From Eledone cirrhosa (taxonomy: Eukaryota), in NCBI GenBank assembly GCA_964016885.1, contig OZ024740.1, forward strand, positions 51,398,001 to 51,462,000: a stretch of 64,000 nt of DNA. The letters run 5' to 3'. Position 1 is the stretch's first letter. The number at the start of each line of letters is the position of its first letter. Below the pieces are notes generated by a model, which made no database searches, was not told where the DNA came from, and saw only the letters and a program-made list of their open reading frames with translations. A program made the position numbers and the translations under genes. Shown piece after piece: positions 12,615-23,952 of this stretch.

Positions 12615-13827
12615 CAAGCTTCTACAAAAATAAAAATAAAAACATGTTTTAAATAAATAAATAACTATATAAAATCATATTACAAATGTTTCTGGTTTAG
12701 GGAAAGAGAAATAGTGCCCATATTCTTCATGTTCTACTCAAAGTCTCCGCCGATTAATAAAGAAAGTTAACAATTAAATGTATGTTGTTTTTTTTTTTTT
12801 GGGGGGGGGGGCAAACATAGCAAGAAATATAATTCTAGGAATATATTCATTTTATATTTACAGTACATAGTATAGGGATTAGCAAGGTGGACAAGTCTGT
12901 TAAATCATAATATATAATTAACTTCGTTTTGCACCTCAGTGTGTAAAATATAAAAATGTGTCCCCTCTCCATAAAACACTGGATCATTCATAAGGTCCTT
13001 GTCTCAATCTGAAAGGTTTCTGGATACAGTAACAATTAGAATTTTCACTTATGTTAACGAGATTACAAACATTACCTTCGTAATTTTGATAATTCTTACT
13101 ACAGAAATGTTAAACCAGGTATTAAAATTTTAATCTCGGAACAGAGAAACTGAGACTTACCTTTCTGTGTTTTTTTTAATATAAAATATTATTTTCATCA
13201 ATGTATATGTTGACTTAGTATTTTAGCCCTTTTCATCGTAGTATCTTAAACATCGTTTCTGATTGATAGTTATAAAACTTATTCAATCAAACCACCCTAT
13301 ACACACTTATAAATCTTCAGGCAAAACAAATAAATAATACCGAATCTTAAGAACAAGCCTTACATTTAAATGTAAGTACGAGGGGGTGACATATCACACA
13401 ACAATAAATTAATAGAGTAGACTAGTCCTTGTATTGTAGTTAGATTCGTTTAGCAGCGAAGCTAGGTTCAATACCAATCTGTTTAAATGGATAGTAGCAG
13501 AAAAATCAGAATTTCTGGAATATGAGCACAAGACCATTTTTATTTTCAGAAACGTGTACCGTTGTTTCTTACTACTGTATTGTTGAAACCAGAAAGCTGA
13601 AATTCAAAGTTGGTTTCAAATTAATTGAAATCAAAGTCGTGAGAGAAAAATCTATCACGCTTAACAACATGAGCCCATTCCTTTTTAGATCATTGACGAA
13701 AGCTGAAATACACAGACACACACACATATATATAATGTGTGTGTATACTTGTGTCGGTATATATATATATTTCGTTTCTGAATTTGTTTAGCAAGATTCT
13801 TTATCTGAAAACGTGTGTTGAAACCGA

Positions 13828-14571
13828 TATTGTTATACTTTGGGAGGGTTATGTTGCCAATAAGAAACACACGTACCAGTTGTTTCACTTCAATTTATTA
13901 TAAATTAAATTTATAAATTTAGGAATTTATAAATTTCCGGTTGGTTGGTTCCACAACCAGACGATTGTTCATATATTGTCAAAGTTCTTTCGTCACACAT
14001 TCTGTGACCTCTTCAGTGACTGGGAGTCTTTTCTTTGTTTTTGTGCCTCTCCTTTGTTCTGTCCTACGCCATCTTGTTTTTGTGTGTGTTGTGTGCTTAG
14101 TTTGCGCATGTGTTACATCGGGGTGTCTGTGTGTGTTTATATTTGTTTATTTACATGTTACTGGTTGGTTGTTTGTTCTATGTGTGTGTGTGTTTTCATT
14201 TTGTCCTTAATTGTAAGTTGTGATGTTGCTGTTCCATTCATGTTTTCTATTTAATTTTGGTTGGAGTTCATTTATGTTTATTGCCTCTGTGATTTGTCTA
14301 AACATTGCGTCTTTTCTGTGTGTAGATTCTATTTTTATTTCTATGTTCTCTAATTTACCCTAATTTAAAAAAAAAATAATAATCCCCAGTCACTGAAGAG
14401 GTCACAGAATGTGTGACGAAAGAACTTTGACAATATATGAACAATCGTCTGGTTGTGGAACCAACCAACCAACCAACCGGAAATTTATAAATTTAATTTA
14501 TAATAAATTGAAGTGAAAGCAACTGGTGCATGTGTTTCTTATTGGCAACATGACCCTCCCAAAGTATAACA

Positions 14572-14575
<4 letters not shown>
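13828..14575 (-). mobile_element. 5'-truncated Penelope-like element with inverted pseudo-LTRs
   Basis: ~195-bp inverted repeats (13828-14025 and 14383-14575). Minus-strand 14207-14359 encodes RQITEAININELQPKLNRKHEW, typical of the Penelope GIY-YIG endonuclease C-terminus. Each repeat carries a hammerhead core. Confidence 0.85.
14389..14431 (+). ncRNA. Minimal type I hammerhead ribozyme motif (second copy on minus strand at ~13978-14020)
   Basis: GUCA-CUGAAGA-G-GUCAC(loop)GUGAC-GAAAG-AA-CUU-UGAC: core boxes, 5-bp stem II and 4-bp stem I, with one extra G before stem II. Confidence 0.65.
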
Positions 14576-14609
<34 letters not shown>

Positions 14610-16429
14610 CAGTTCACTCTCGAGTGCTACTGGTAACATGTAACCCAGTACAACCTGTGGATGGTCGGCTTGTCGACAACTACACTAGCAATCCATGCTT
14701 GTTTGGTAAGGAGGATGGTTTTTAGACACCCTGTGCTCTGAGTTCAAATCCTGTCGAGGTCAACTTTGCCTTCATCCTTTTGAAGTCGATAAAAAAAGTA
14801 CCAGTTCGGTGTTGGAGTCAATTCTTCCTCTATATCTCTTTTTTGCACCCACTCTCCTTTTCTAGAAGAAATCAGCTGTTTAAATCTGGAAAAGGATGGA
14901 ATCTGCCAGTTATAATATGTGTGACAATGCACTTAAGACACCATCAGGAGTTACAGGTCTATACAGACATTATTCTAAGTAGACAATGGTCATTGTGTAA
15001 AAGAGAAAAGAAAAAGAAGCAATAACAGGTAAAGGCAAAGAGCAGAAGAGTTATCAAATTAAATTTCACATTTGTTGTACTAGGTCATATAAGGTAAACA
15101 CTTTCATTAAGTGTGTTATATTTTTGAATGTGTATGTGTATATATTTGTGAGTGTGACACACTGTTGCATGTTTCCAAAGAGAGTGGTGGGAATAGCATT
15201 CCACGTACAAACAACAAATCCTTATATATATATGTTGCTACTTGACTAGAAAACAAAGGGATAAAATTAAAGAGTACAAAACTAAAGGATTATCACCTGA
15301 ATTGTAAATATTGTGAGAAAGTGAAAGCAACAACAACAACATCAATAATAATAGGAATTTAATTTTTATTTTTATAATTGAATCTGGAGTATTCCCAGCA
15401 ACTCATAGCTGTGCTGCAGCAGTTCAGAAACAAGGCCAACTTTACATGGAAGAAGTAACTCTTGAAACTGGGAAGTGTTTACTCAGTACCACAACGCTTG
15501 CAAGAGCAGTATCCAAACCATAAAAGATGCATCTGTGCACCATACATCACTTAAGCTCTCTTACTTCCCAAACTGCACTTGATCCTTTTTGTCTCACAAT
15601 TATTTCCACCAACATTGGGGAATCCTCTCTTCTTCCACTTCTCAACCATAGTGCCTTCACCTTTGCTACTTGGTAGATCTCCAAATCTACCATCTTCTAC
15701 CCCACCAAACATGCGATCCTGCATATATGCAAGACATATGTGAGAGTACCTCTCATCATTTCCAACTAACAAAGTCGCCGAACCTAGCAATGTCTCTTCC
15801 ATAACCCTTAAACAATGTGCCCCAGAGTTTTCAATCTCTCCTCTACAGTGATATACTCTGATCTTTGGAAACATACTAAAGTGTGTCCCATTCTAAGAAA
15901 GGCAAGCTGTCTGACACTTTCAACAATCATACTATTACATTTGTTACAAATTTCTCAAAGATAATGAAGACAGCCATTAACAATGATGTACTGCAAAACT
16001 TTGAAAACTTGAATCTCACTTTCTCTCTCTCATAACTGACTGGGTCCTGCCAGAAGCGATTGTCTCCAATTGATTTGACCAAGTAAGATCAGCTGAGCTC
16101 ATGGATGTTAAACAACCATCTTGCTGAGGGTCTACAGTTGATTTTACCCATAAAATCTGTCCAATGATTCTTTCCTTAAACATTCTAACCACATATCCAT
16201 AGTATCAGAGCTGTGATCTCTCAATTCGGAGCAACTCTCTGATCTTTGAGCTAAGCACTCTATCGAGTAACGTTACGCCATAAACCCTACGGAGAAACCC
16301 TATTTCAGCTACTTGTCATGAGAGTTTTTTTTTTTAATATCTTTATTGTGGTTTAGTCAAGAGTCACGGGTCTGTATTGAAGAAGACAAGACTGTTATGT
16401 CCTCATTGGAGGATCACTATTGTTGACAG

Positions 16430-17700
16430 CAGTTCAGCATTCAAATAGGGTGCCTTGGTTGTATGTAGATATCTGTATGTAGAAGGTGAAGGAGGAGTGG
16501 ACAACGGTATCATATAAGGTGGTTGCTGTTAGAGATGATGGCAGAAGAGGATAAATGACATAATTGAGGCTAATAGACAGGAGACAAGAAGCTATGCCAC
16601 ATTTAATCAAATGTTTTGCTGATGTTAAGAAATGGTATTGCTTTCACTGAATTTTTTAACAAGGAACCATAGGTAGCAGTTCCCCAGTAGATCTGGTCTC
16701 AGTGGAGTTGGATGTGGTTATTTTAAGATAAGAGGATTCAGCACAGTCTGTAGAATTTCTTTTGGCAAGGAACCAAAATGATTGGAAGTGATTGAAGCGA
16801 TTTGAGGATGCAGAAGAGCTTGTACAATGGTATGTTTTACTTTACAGATCATAATTATGCAGTTCTAGTTAAAAGTCACTCAGTTTGTAGAAGTATTTGA
16901 GTTTTTCCAGATTTTATAAGCAGTGTTTTTGCCTACACTGCTGTAGCTCAGCTATGTGTGAACATTTTTGTTGAATTGTATTAGGACTAAATGTTTTGAT
17001 TTTCTGTGTAACTATTTCAGATGGATCAAGGGTGAAGTACATTTGATGCCAGGGATAGTCAACTTAAAACAGGAGGAGCTCCAACTACTCAGCACAGACT
17101 TAAAGGGTCATAAAGTTTAGGGTAGGAGATGGAGGAATTCCATAGTATGCGGATGTGTGATGGGTAGCTGTGATTAGGCAGTGGTCAGACAACCAGATAA
17201 GTGTAAAGGTGTTTGTAATTTGGTTCAAGCTAGTTTTGGAGATGATAAAAAATAAAGAGTATTTTGGGTATTGATCAAGGTGGTGATATCAACTGTTGCA
17301 AAGTTCATGGCTGTAAAGATATCAGTGTCTGCATCAGCAGTATCCATATAGGAAGAGTGTGGAACTCATGGGAGTTGTGGACATTGAAGTCAACAATAAA
17401 GACAATGAATAGAGAGAAGGGTGAAGGGATATAGATGTCCTTGAGGTAGCTGAATGTCAGAGCAGTAGAGGCAGCAAATGAAATGAGAGGAATGAGGAAG
17501 AGAGTGACTGAATGTTTTTGTTGTTGATTATCCAGGTGAGTGAGAAAAGGAGAGGATTCTACATACACAGAGATCCCCACCTTTCAGAGTGAAATTAGAA
17601 TATAGAGAACAACATGAACAGTAGATATGAGCTAAAAGATTTTTTTTTCATAGAATAGAATATGCGGTTTGTGCCTTGGTAGGTAATAGGTGAATTTTAG
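16430..17700 (-). mobile_element. Highly degenerate CR1/Jockey-type LINE remnant
   Basis: VDFNVHN endonuclease-like and SDH-like motifs with many stops; a similarly decayed plus-strand piece lies at ~15380-16030. Confidence 0.45.
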
Positions 17701-18256
17701 ACTGAAGCCAAGTCCACAAATGTTCATAAAAATGTTCATATTTTGTATCATTGCCATTTTCATAATTGAGGTGAAAATGCCTTTCAATGAAAATTGAAAC
17801 AAATTTGTCAGGTCAGCTTGCCTAAAATTTATAAAAATTAGAACTAGATTAAGGGACAATAGTTTATGACAATGATTATAATGATAATGATAACCATCAA
17901 TTACTATGCTGAAAATAATAAATAAACATGATGGCTATGAGGTTAAAGTGCTTGGCTACTGATTTGATCATAAGTTACAATCTTACTACAGCCACCAAAT
18001 GGTACTTCTGAACAATGGCACTTAACTACTGGCTCCTGTTTGTCTATCTGACAAACAGGTGGTTCAATACTTACATCCCATTTCAGTGGTGGGCAGTTGG
18101 AAGGACATCGAGTTGTAAAAAAAGAATTAGGAAAAAAGTGTTCAAGTAACAGTTTTATATCTACAATCATGTGAGCCAACAAAGAAGCCTCTATGCAATA
18201 GCTTGAACTGCTAGAAATGTCAACCGAATCTCCTCAAATCCCACTATTATCTTTAA

Positions 18257-18669
18257 CCCTTTAGCATTTACATTATTTTATATTTGGTGGATTGGCAGTA
18301 TCGGTAGGGGACACCATACTTTGAAGCATAGAGTTACGTCCCTTTACGATCGGAGATCAAATCCCTCCGAGGTTAACTTTGCCTTTCATCCTTACGATGT
18401 CGATAAAATAAAGTACCAATAATGTACTGGGTAATTGCTGGCCTTGTGCCAAAAGTAGAAACAATTATTTTATATTTACTATTGTATTTTCACAATAAAG
18501 GCTTTATCTTATATAATTATCTCGTGTAAAATCGAATCTATGAGATTTTGATGTTATTTATTTTGAGAACAATACCTTAATGTAGGTGTAAGCAGCCAGT
18601 TACAACTGGTTTGAACAGAAAGAAGTGAGAGAGTTCTGGCCGAATACAGCTGGTTTGAATGCTAAAGGG
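18257..18669. mobile_element. piggyBac-like MITE with a nested SINE
   Basis: TTAA|CCCTTTAGCATT...AATGCTAAAGGG|TTAA termini; a related end sequence starts at ~49477. Confidence 0.75.
18286..18463 (+). mobile_element. tRNA-derived SINE (Nin/Deu-like central domain)
   Basis: A/B-box-like head and GCCTTTCATCCTT..GTCGATAAAATAAAGTACC core; 14-bp TSD ATTATTTTATATTT (18272-18285 and 18464-18477). Confidence 0.85.
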
Positions 18670-19134
18670 TTAAAAGAATATACAAAAAGACAAGATGATC
18701 ATATTCGGAACACCTTTGATTACCACATATTTCATAAAAACTAACATTAGACCAAACAACGATCATACACACTTTTCTATAAAAATAAAATGTAGTCATT
18801 AGAAGAGATATCTTTAATTAGTTCAGTGAGTATCAACTCAATGCTTTCTGTTACCCAATCAAAAAAATATGTAAATAGCTTTGTTCTGAAAATGTGAGTT
18901 AAAGGTTCAATTATTGTAAGCAGATAAGATATGAATTTAACACAGAACATGTCACCAGTAAATTCGCCAGGGAAAAAAACCCACGTTATCTATTCTCTAT
19001 AACAAGAGAGCTGTGTAGTCATACAATCTAGTATAAATAGCAGCCAAATCACACTCAACAGTCTTAAATAGGGAAGAACAGATTAAATAATGTGGTCCTA
19101 AATACACTGTCTGAACAGAACCCTCTGTATTCAG

Positions 19135-19970
19135 AAAACGTGAGGCCGCCTGTGAGACGTGGGACCAGCTGGGACTTAGCCCAGTAGACGTCCCTCCTCC
19201 TTCTCCCCCTGTTGACGTCACCCCCCCCCCACGCATTTGGGATGCCATCCAGTGCAGCCTGGCCTCGGATAGGCTCACGCGCCAGCTCGACCAGCACCGC
19301 CTTGCTTGTTTTCGTGCGGCCTCCAAACCCTGCCCTCCTTCTCCACTGGCATGCAGCTAGACAACCATAGCCTGCGAATCGGCGTTTCCCTGAGGCTCGG
19401 CCTCCGGATCTGCCAGCCACACCAATGTCGCTGCGGTTCCACCGTGGACTCTTTCGGCCTCCACCCGCTTTCCTGTCACCACAGTGCCGCCCGCATTCCA
19501 CGCCATGCTGCCCTCAATGAGGTCATTAAGCATGGCTTTGGACGTTGCAGGCTTCCCTTCCCAGCTTGAGCCGGTGGGGCTGGATCGAGGGGACGGCAAA
19601 AGGCCAGATGGCCTGACCATCTTCCCGTTCCGTGGTGGCAAACCCACTGACACTTTCTGCAGCCGCAACCTGGTGCAGTCTGCGACTGACCCAGATTCTG
19701 CTGCACGTCGGACTGAGGGGGCCAAACTCCTCAAATACCGGTCGCTCTCCAACAGGTTTGCGGTCATACCCCTGACAGTGGAGACTTCTGGTGTCCTCGG
19801 CCCCAGGGTACCTCCTTACTCACCACCATAGGCGCTGAGCTGGCCAGCAGCAGGTGTGAGCCCCGCGAGTTGGAGTGGCTTTTCCAGTGCATCTCCCTTG
19901 CCGTCCTTCAGGGAAACACCTTCTCCATTCTGTCCGCCGGGGCTGTGGGTGGGCCCATCGCGTACTAATA
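19135..19970 (+). mobile_element. CRE-clade-like non-LTR retrotransposon 3' fragment (zinc knuckle plus restriction-like endonuclease)
   Basis: LRLG..CRC...HPLSC...RH followed by KRPDG..K..KY..P..VETSG; frameshifted; markedly GC-rich. Confidence 0.8.
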
Positions 19971-21999
19971 CATTAGTCAAATACCATTCTTTCATCTGAT
20001 ATATCTCTAAGTTATAAATTATGGTTATGGTTCAAATACCTTTGATCATACATCAACTCATTCAGGTTTAACCTGGGGTTAAACAGTAACAACAAAATGC
20101 CAATAACAGAAATGGACTCTTAAATCAAACTTAGCCATGTTAAGGCAAACATTGAATAAATACAAGGAAAAACAGAGATATTTTAAAAGGGAATCTGAAT
20201 ATCAAAGGCTGTAGCAGCAAGAGAATTTGAAATCTTATTGTAGTTATTCTGCTATTGTGTCTTTTCTTCCTTCCATTAAAGGCTTGCATAAGTGAGGTTG
20301 TTTTGAAATCTAGATATTTACATATTGTTAGAGAAATGATGGATATGTTCACGTCACTAACAGTATTTACCATTGCTGATGATATAAGCAGACAAAGGAA
20401 TCACTATGTGGTTGCTTGACTTGCTAGAAACAGCAACCAAATTGCACCCTTAGTTATGGCTCTTTACATTCTGAGTTTAAATCTCACTGAAGTCAACTTT
20501 GCTGTTAATTTTTCTGAGATTGATAAAATAAAGTACCACTCAAATGCTGAAGTTGATTTATACTCATATAATGCATCCTAGATATGAATAAAATTATAAT
20601 AGAAGAGAATTTAAAAACAGAGTTTATTGGTTAATGTAACCCTAAAAGCTCCTAAAAAGATGGCTTGATCACTATCAAAATGCTAAGTAAAAACAGCCAT
20701 GAAGTAGCATTCTGATTTATCAGCTCATAAAGGGCCGTAACTCTTTGCTGCAAAGCATGGCGTCCGACCCTCTGCCAATACTGCCAGGTTTTACTAAAAG
20801 TACATTAAGGATAGACATTACAGTACTGTTTTGTGGAAATGTGTAAAAAATTAAAGAATACGAAAATAAAAGCAAAAGAGGTCCAAAATTAAACAAAAAA
20901 AAAATTCACTAATGGAGGAGCGACTTTTGAAGGCAACAAAAAACTGTCAATGCCTTTGTGCTACTGCCAATTACATATAGGTGTGCGTATGTATGCAATC
21001 TGAAATTTTGTTTACAACAAAGACACTAATCCTCTTGTTCACTTCATTCATGTGTAAATTGTGGTGAGACCTTTTGACTTTGTATAGCAAGCCTAAGCTT
21101 AATATTACTTTGATCTTTTTTTTTAGTAGTGCCTTATGATGAACCAAATCTTACGTGGTCAACTGGTCAATAAAGGTCTCACACCTACTCAAGATATTTC
21201 TGGTGTGTCAATCACAGCAGCTATCTACCTATCTGTTTAATACAAACATCTATCTACTTAGCTAGCTTTCAGTTTGTGTATGTCTATCTCTCTATCTACC
21301 CAGTCTGTTCTACTTATGTATGGATAAGCAGGCAGACACAGACAAAATAATCGCAATTTAGAAGGTATGTTTCATAGTGATTAAAGAAAATATGCAATAA
21401 AATTATTGTAATTGAGAAATCACAGCTCCAATATTAGATATATGGTCAGAATGTCTCAGAAAAGAATCACCAGACAGATTCTCCAGGCCAAACCAACTGT
21501 CAGGAGACCCACGGGTAGACCCTGAGCTCAGCTGGTCTCACTTGGGGATGCAGCCAGAACAATTGGAAACAGTTGCTTCTGAAGGGACTCACTAGAAGGC
21601 ATGCTCGAGGACTCTGCCCACTTATTCCTGGGGTTGTGGTGTCAAAGTAATTGATTTATATGAATGAAAAATGAAATAGGCTGGAGTGACAAGAGGAGAA
21701 AGGTCAAGCAAAATTCGAGGATTCAGACATCTTTACATAGAATTTTGAAATCAAATATCTTTTTACTAAAAAAAAAAAAACCCATTTTTGATGTGCTGGT
21801 TTTGTAGAAATGAGAGAGCACGGAATATCAAATGTCATTTAGTTATATTCTTTTATTTTCTGAGTTCAAATCTTGCAGGAGTCAACTTATCCATTCATGC
21901 TGGACAGGTAATAAAATAACTTAGTTTTGTATTAATGCCAATTCAATTATACTTTTTCTTACAAAAATTATATTCAAGCCTTAACTATCATTATTACTG

Positions 22000-22535
22000 T
22001 GGATTAGCAGTATCGGTAGAGGGTTGGACGCCATGCTCTGCTGCGTAGAGTTACGACCCTTGCCATTCCGAGTTCAAATCCTGCCGAGGTAAACTTTGCC
22101 TTTCATCCTTACAGGGGTCGATAAATAAAGTACCAGTAATACAGATAATTGCTGGCCTTATGCCAAAAGTAGAAACAATTATTACTAAAGGGGATTGACA
22201 GTATCGGTTATGCTTTGCAGAGTTACGACCCTTTATGATCCGAGTTGAACTTTGCCTTTCATCCCTACGAGGTCGATAATAAAATACCAGTAATACACTG
22301 GTAATTTATTTTATCGAGATAATTGCTGGCCTTGTGCCAAAAAGTAGAAACAATTATTACTAAAGCTTTAAGAACAGCGGATTGGCAGAGCATCTGACAT
22401 GCTTTGTGGCAGTCATAGCTCTTTTCTTTACGTTCTGATTTCAAGTCCTGAGAGTTCGGTAAAATAAAGTACCAGTAACTAATTGGGTCAATTTCATCTG
22501 CCTTCCTTCAAATTGCTGACGTGCCCAACTAATTA
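22000..22535 (+). mobile_element. Three head-to-tail copies of the Nin-like SINE
   Basis: Repeated GGATT(G/A)GCAG head, core and AATTGCTG..GTGCC tail at ~22000, ~22190 and ~22378. Confidence 0.8.
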
Positions 22536-23890
22536 TTCGCTTAATTTATATTTTGACCTTATTAATTTCAGGTCTTTATGATTGTTTTATCTTTTAATAA
22601 AAGTAATGGTAGGCGATTGACTTTTCACCTCGGTCTAGGAAAAAAAAAAAAATCTCTCATGTTATTGTTTTTATTTATCTGCTTAAATCAGACATTAAAT
22701 TAAAAATCCTGCCATTAGAAAAATGTGCTTATTCTACGCTTGATACAATTAAATGTAGTTGAATAGTTCAAGGGAAGTAATTCAATTAGCGAATGAATCT
22801 ATAAGCAATGTGCACGTAAAATGTATGTGGAGGATATAACATCGAGTAATATTTTGTTCTAAGTGTGAAGATTCTCTAGTTTCTGTTTCCTGATGATTAA
22901 GGGTGATGCTGCAAGAAAAGTTAAACAGTTTCGTTGGGTTCTGAAACTAACTCATTCAGCTTGCCATAAACATTAAAGATATAAGCGAAGTTAAACGGAT
23001 TACAAACTTTTATGTATCCCTTTTTCATGTCCCAATATCAACCCCACCCCATTAATTAAAGTTAAATTCGTATACTTGACAGATTCTGGCGTTAAGTGCT
23101 AAGTTTGAAGCATTCATATTATTCATGAAAGATGTATTTTATTTTACCTTTTAAGTATTCTGAATGTTCTGGTTCAGGAAATTACACCTTTACCTGTCAA
23201 AACCGATATTCATTATTCATGAACTAAGCACTTTCCTTTTTGCCAATCAGAATTGTCATTTACACACCATTCTCACCAGACCACAAAGCATTCGAGCATG
23301 CTAAGTAGACTTTTGAACACTATGTTCCGTTAAAACTACAAAGGGCTCACATTTTAGAAGAATTGGTTGTTTGTATAGAAGCAATTCATATTTAACTCCA
23401 GAGAAACCAAAGGACTACTGCTCCTCAAATTTTAGAAACTAATCACTATTTACCCATTTGTTTAGAACTGCACATCAACCAGTCATTCATATATACATGT
23501 TGAACATTAAATATCTGACAGTAGACCAGGGAGAAAAATGAGAGGGCAAATTATAGCTGTCCAGAAGGTAGACTCAGTTATGCCCTGCAGACAAGCATTG
23601 CCACAAACAACCAACAATACCGAACATCCTCAGATAGGATGCATCCCTCCCAATTTAAGGAAAACAATTCAAGGACTGATAAAATTGTAACCAGCATGAA
23701 AAGGAAGCAGTTGGCCCAGTCCTAGTTGGATATCTAGAATTTCACATGTAAAACTAATGATTTGCTTGAAAATAAACTTCTGGTATCTTTCCCTGGCACA
23801 AACCCACTATTTCCATCAATCCTTTTCACTTTAGGGCACAGCTGTAACAATACTATTGAATAACAAAAACACTGCACAAGGTTAATACAT

Positions 23891-23896
23891 TTTATT
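23891..23896 (-). terminator. RPL3 polyadenylation signal
   Basis: AATAAA 14 nt downstream of the stop codon. Confidence 0.8.
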
Positions 23897-23910
23897 GAAG
23901 TTTCAATTCT

Positions 23911-23952
23911 TTAAGCAGCTTCCTCTTTAAGCCTGTCCTTTTTGAGTGGACC
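23911..23952 (-). CDS. RPL3: RPL3 exon 8 (terminal)
   Basis: [13 protein letters not shown], followed by AATAAA at 23891-23896. Confidence 0.96.
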   Translation of the reverse strand, partial: GPLKKDRLKEEAA

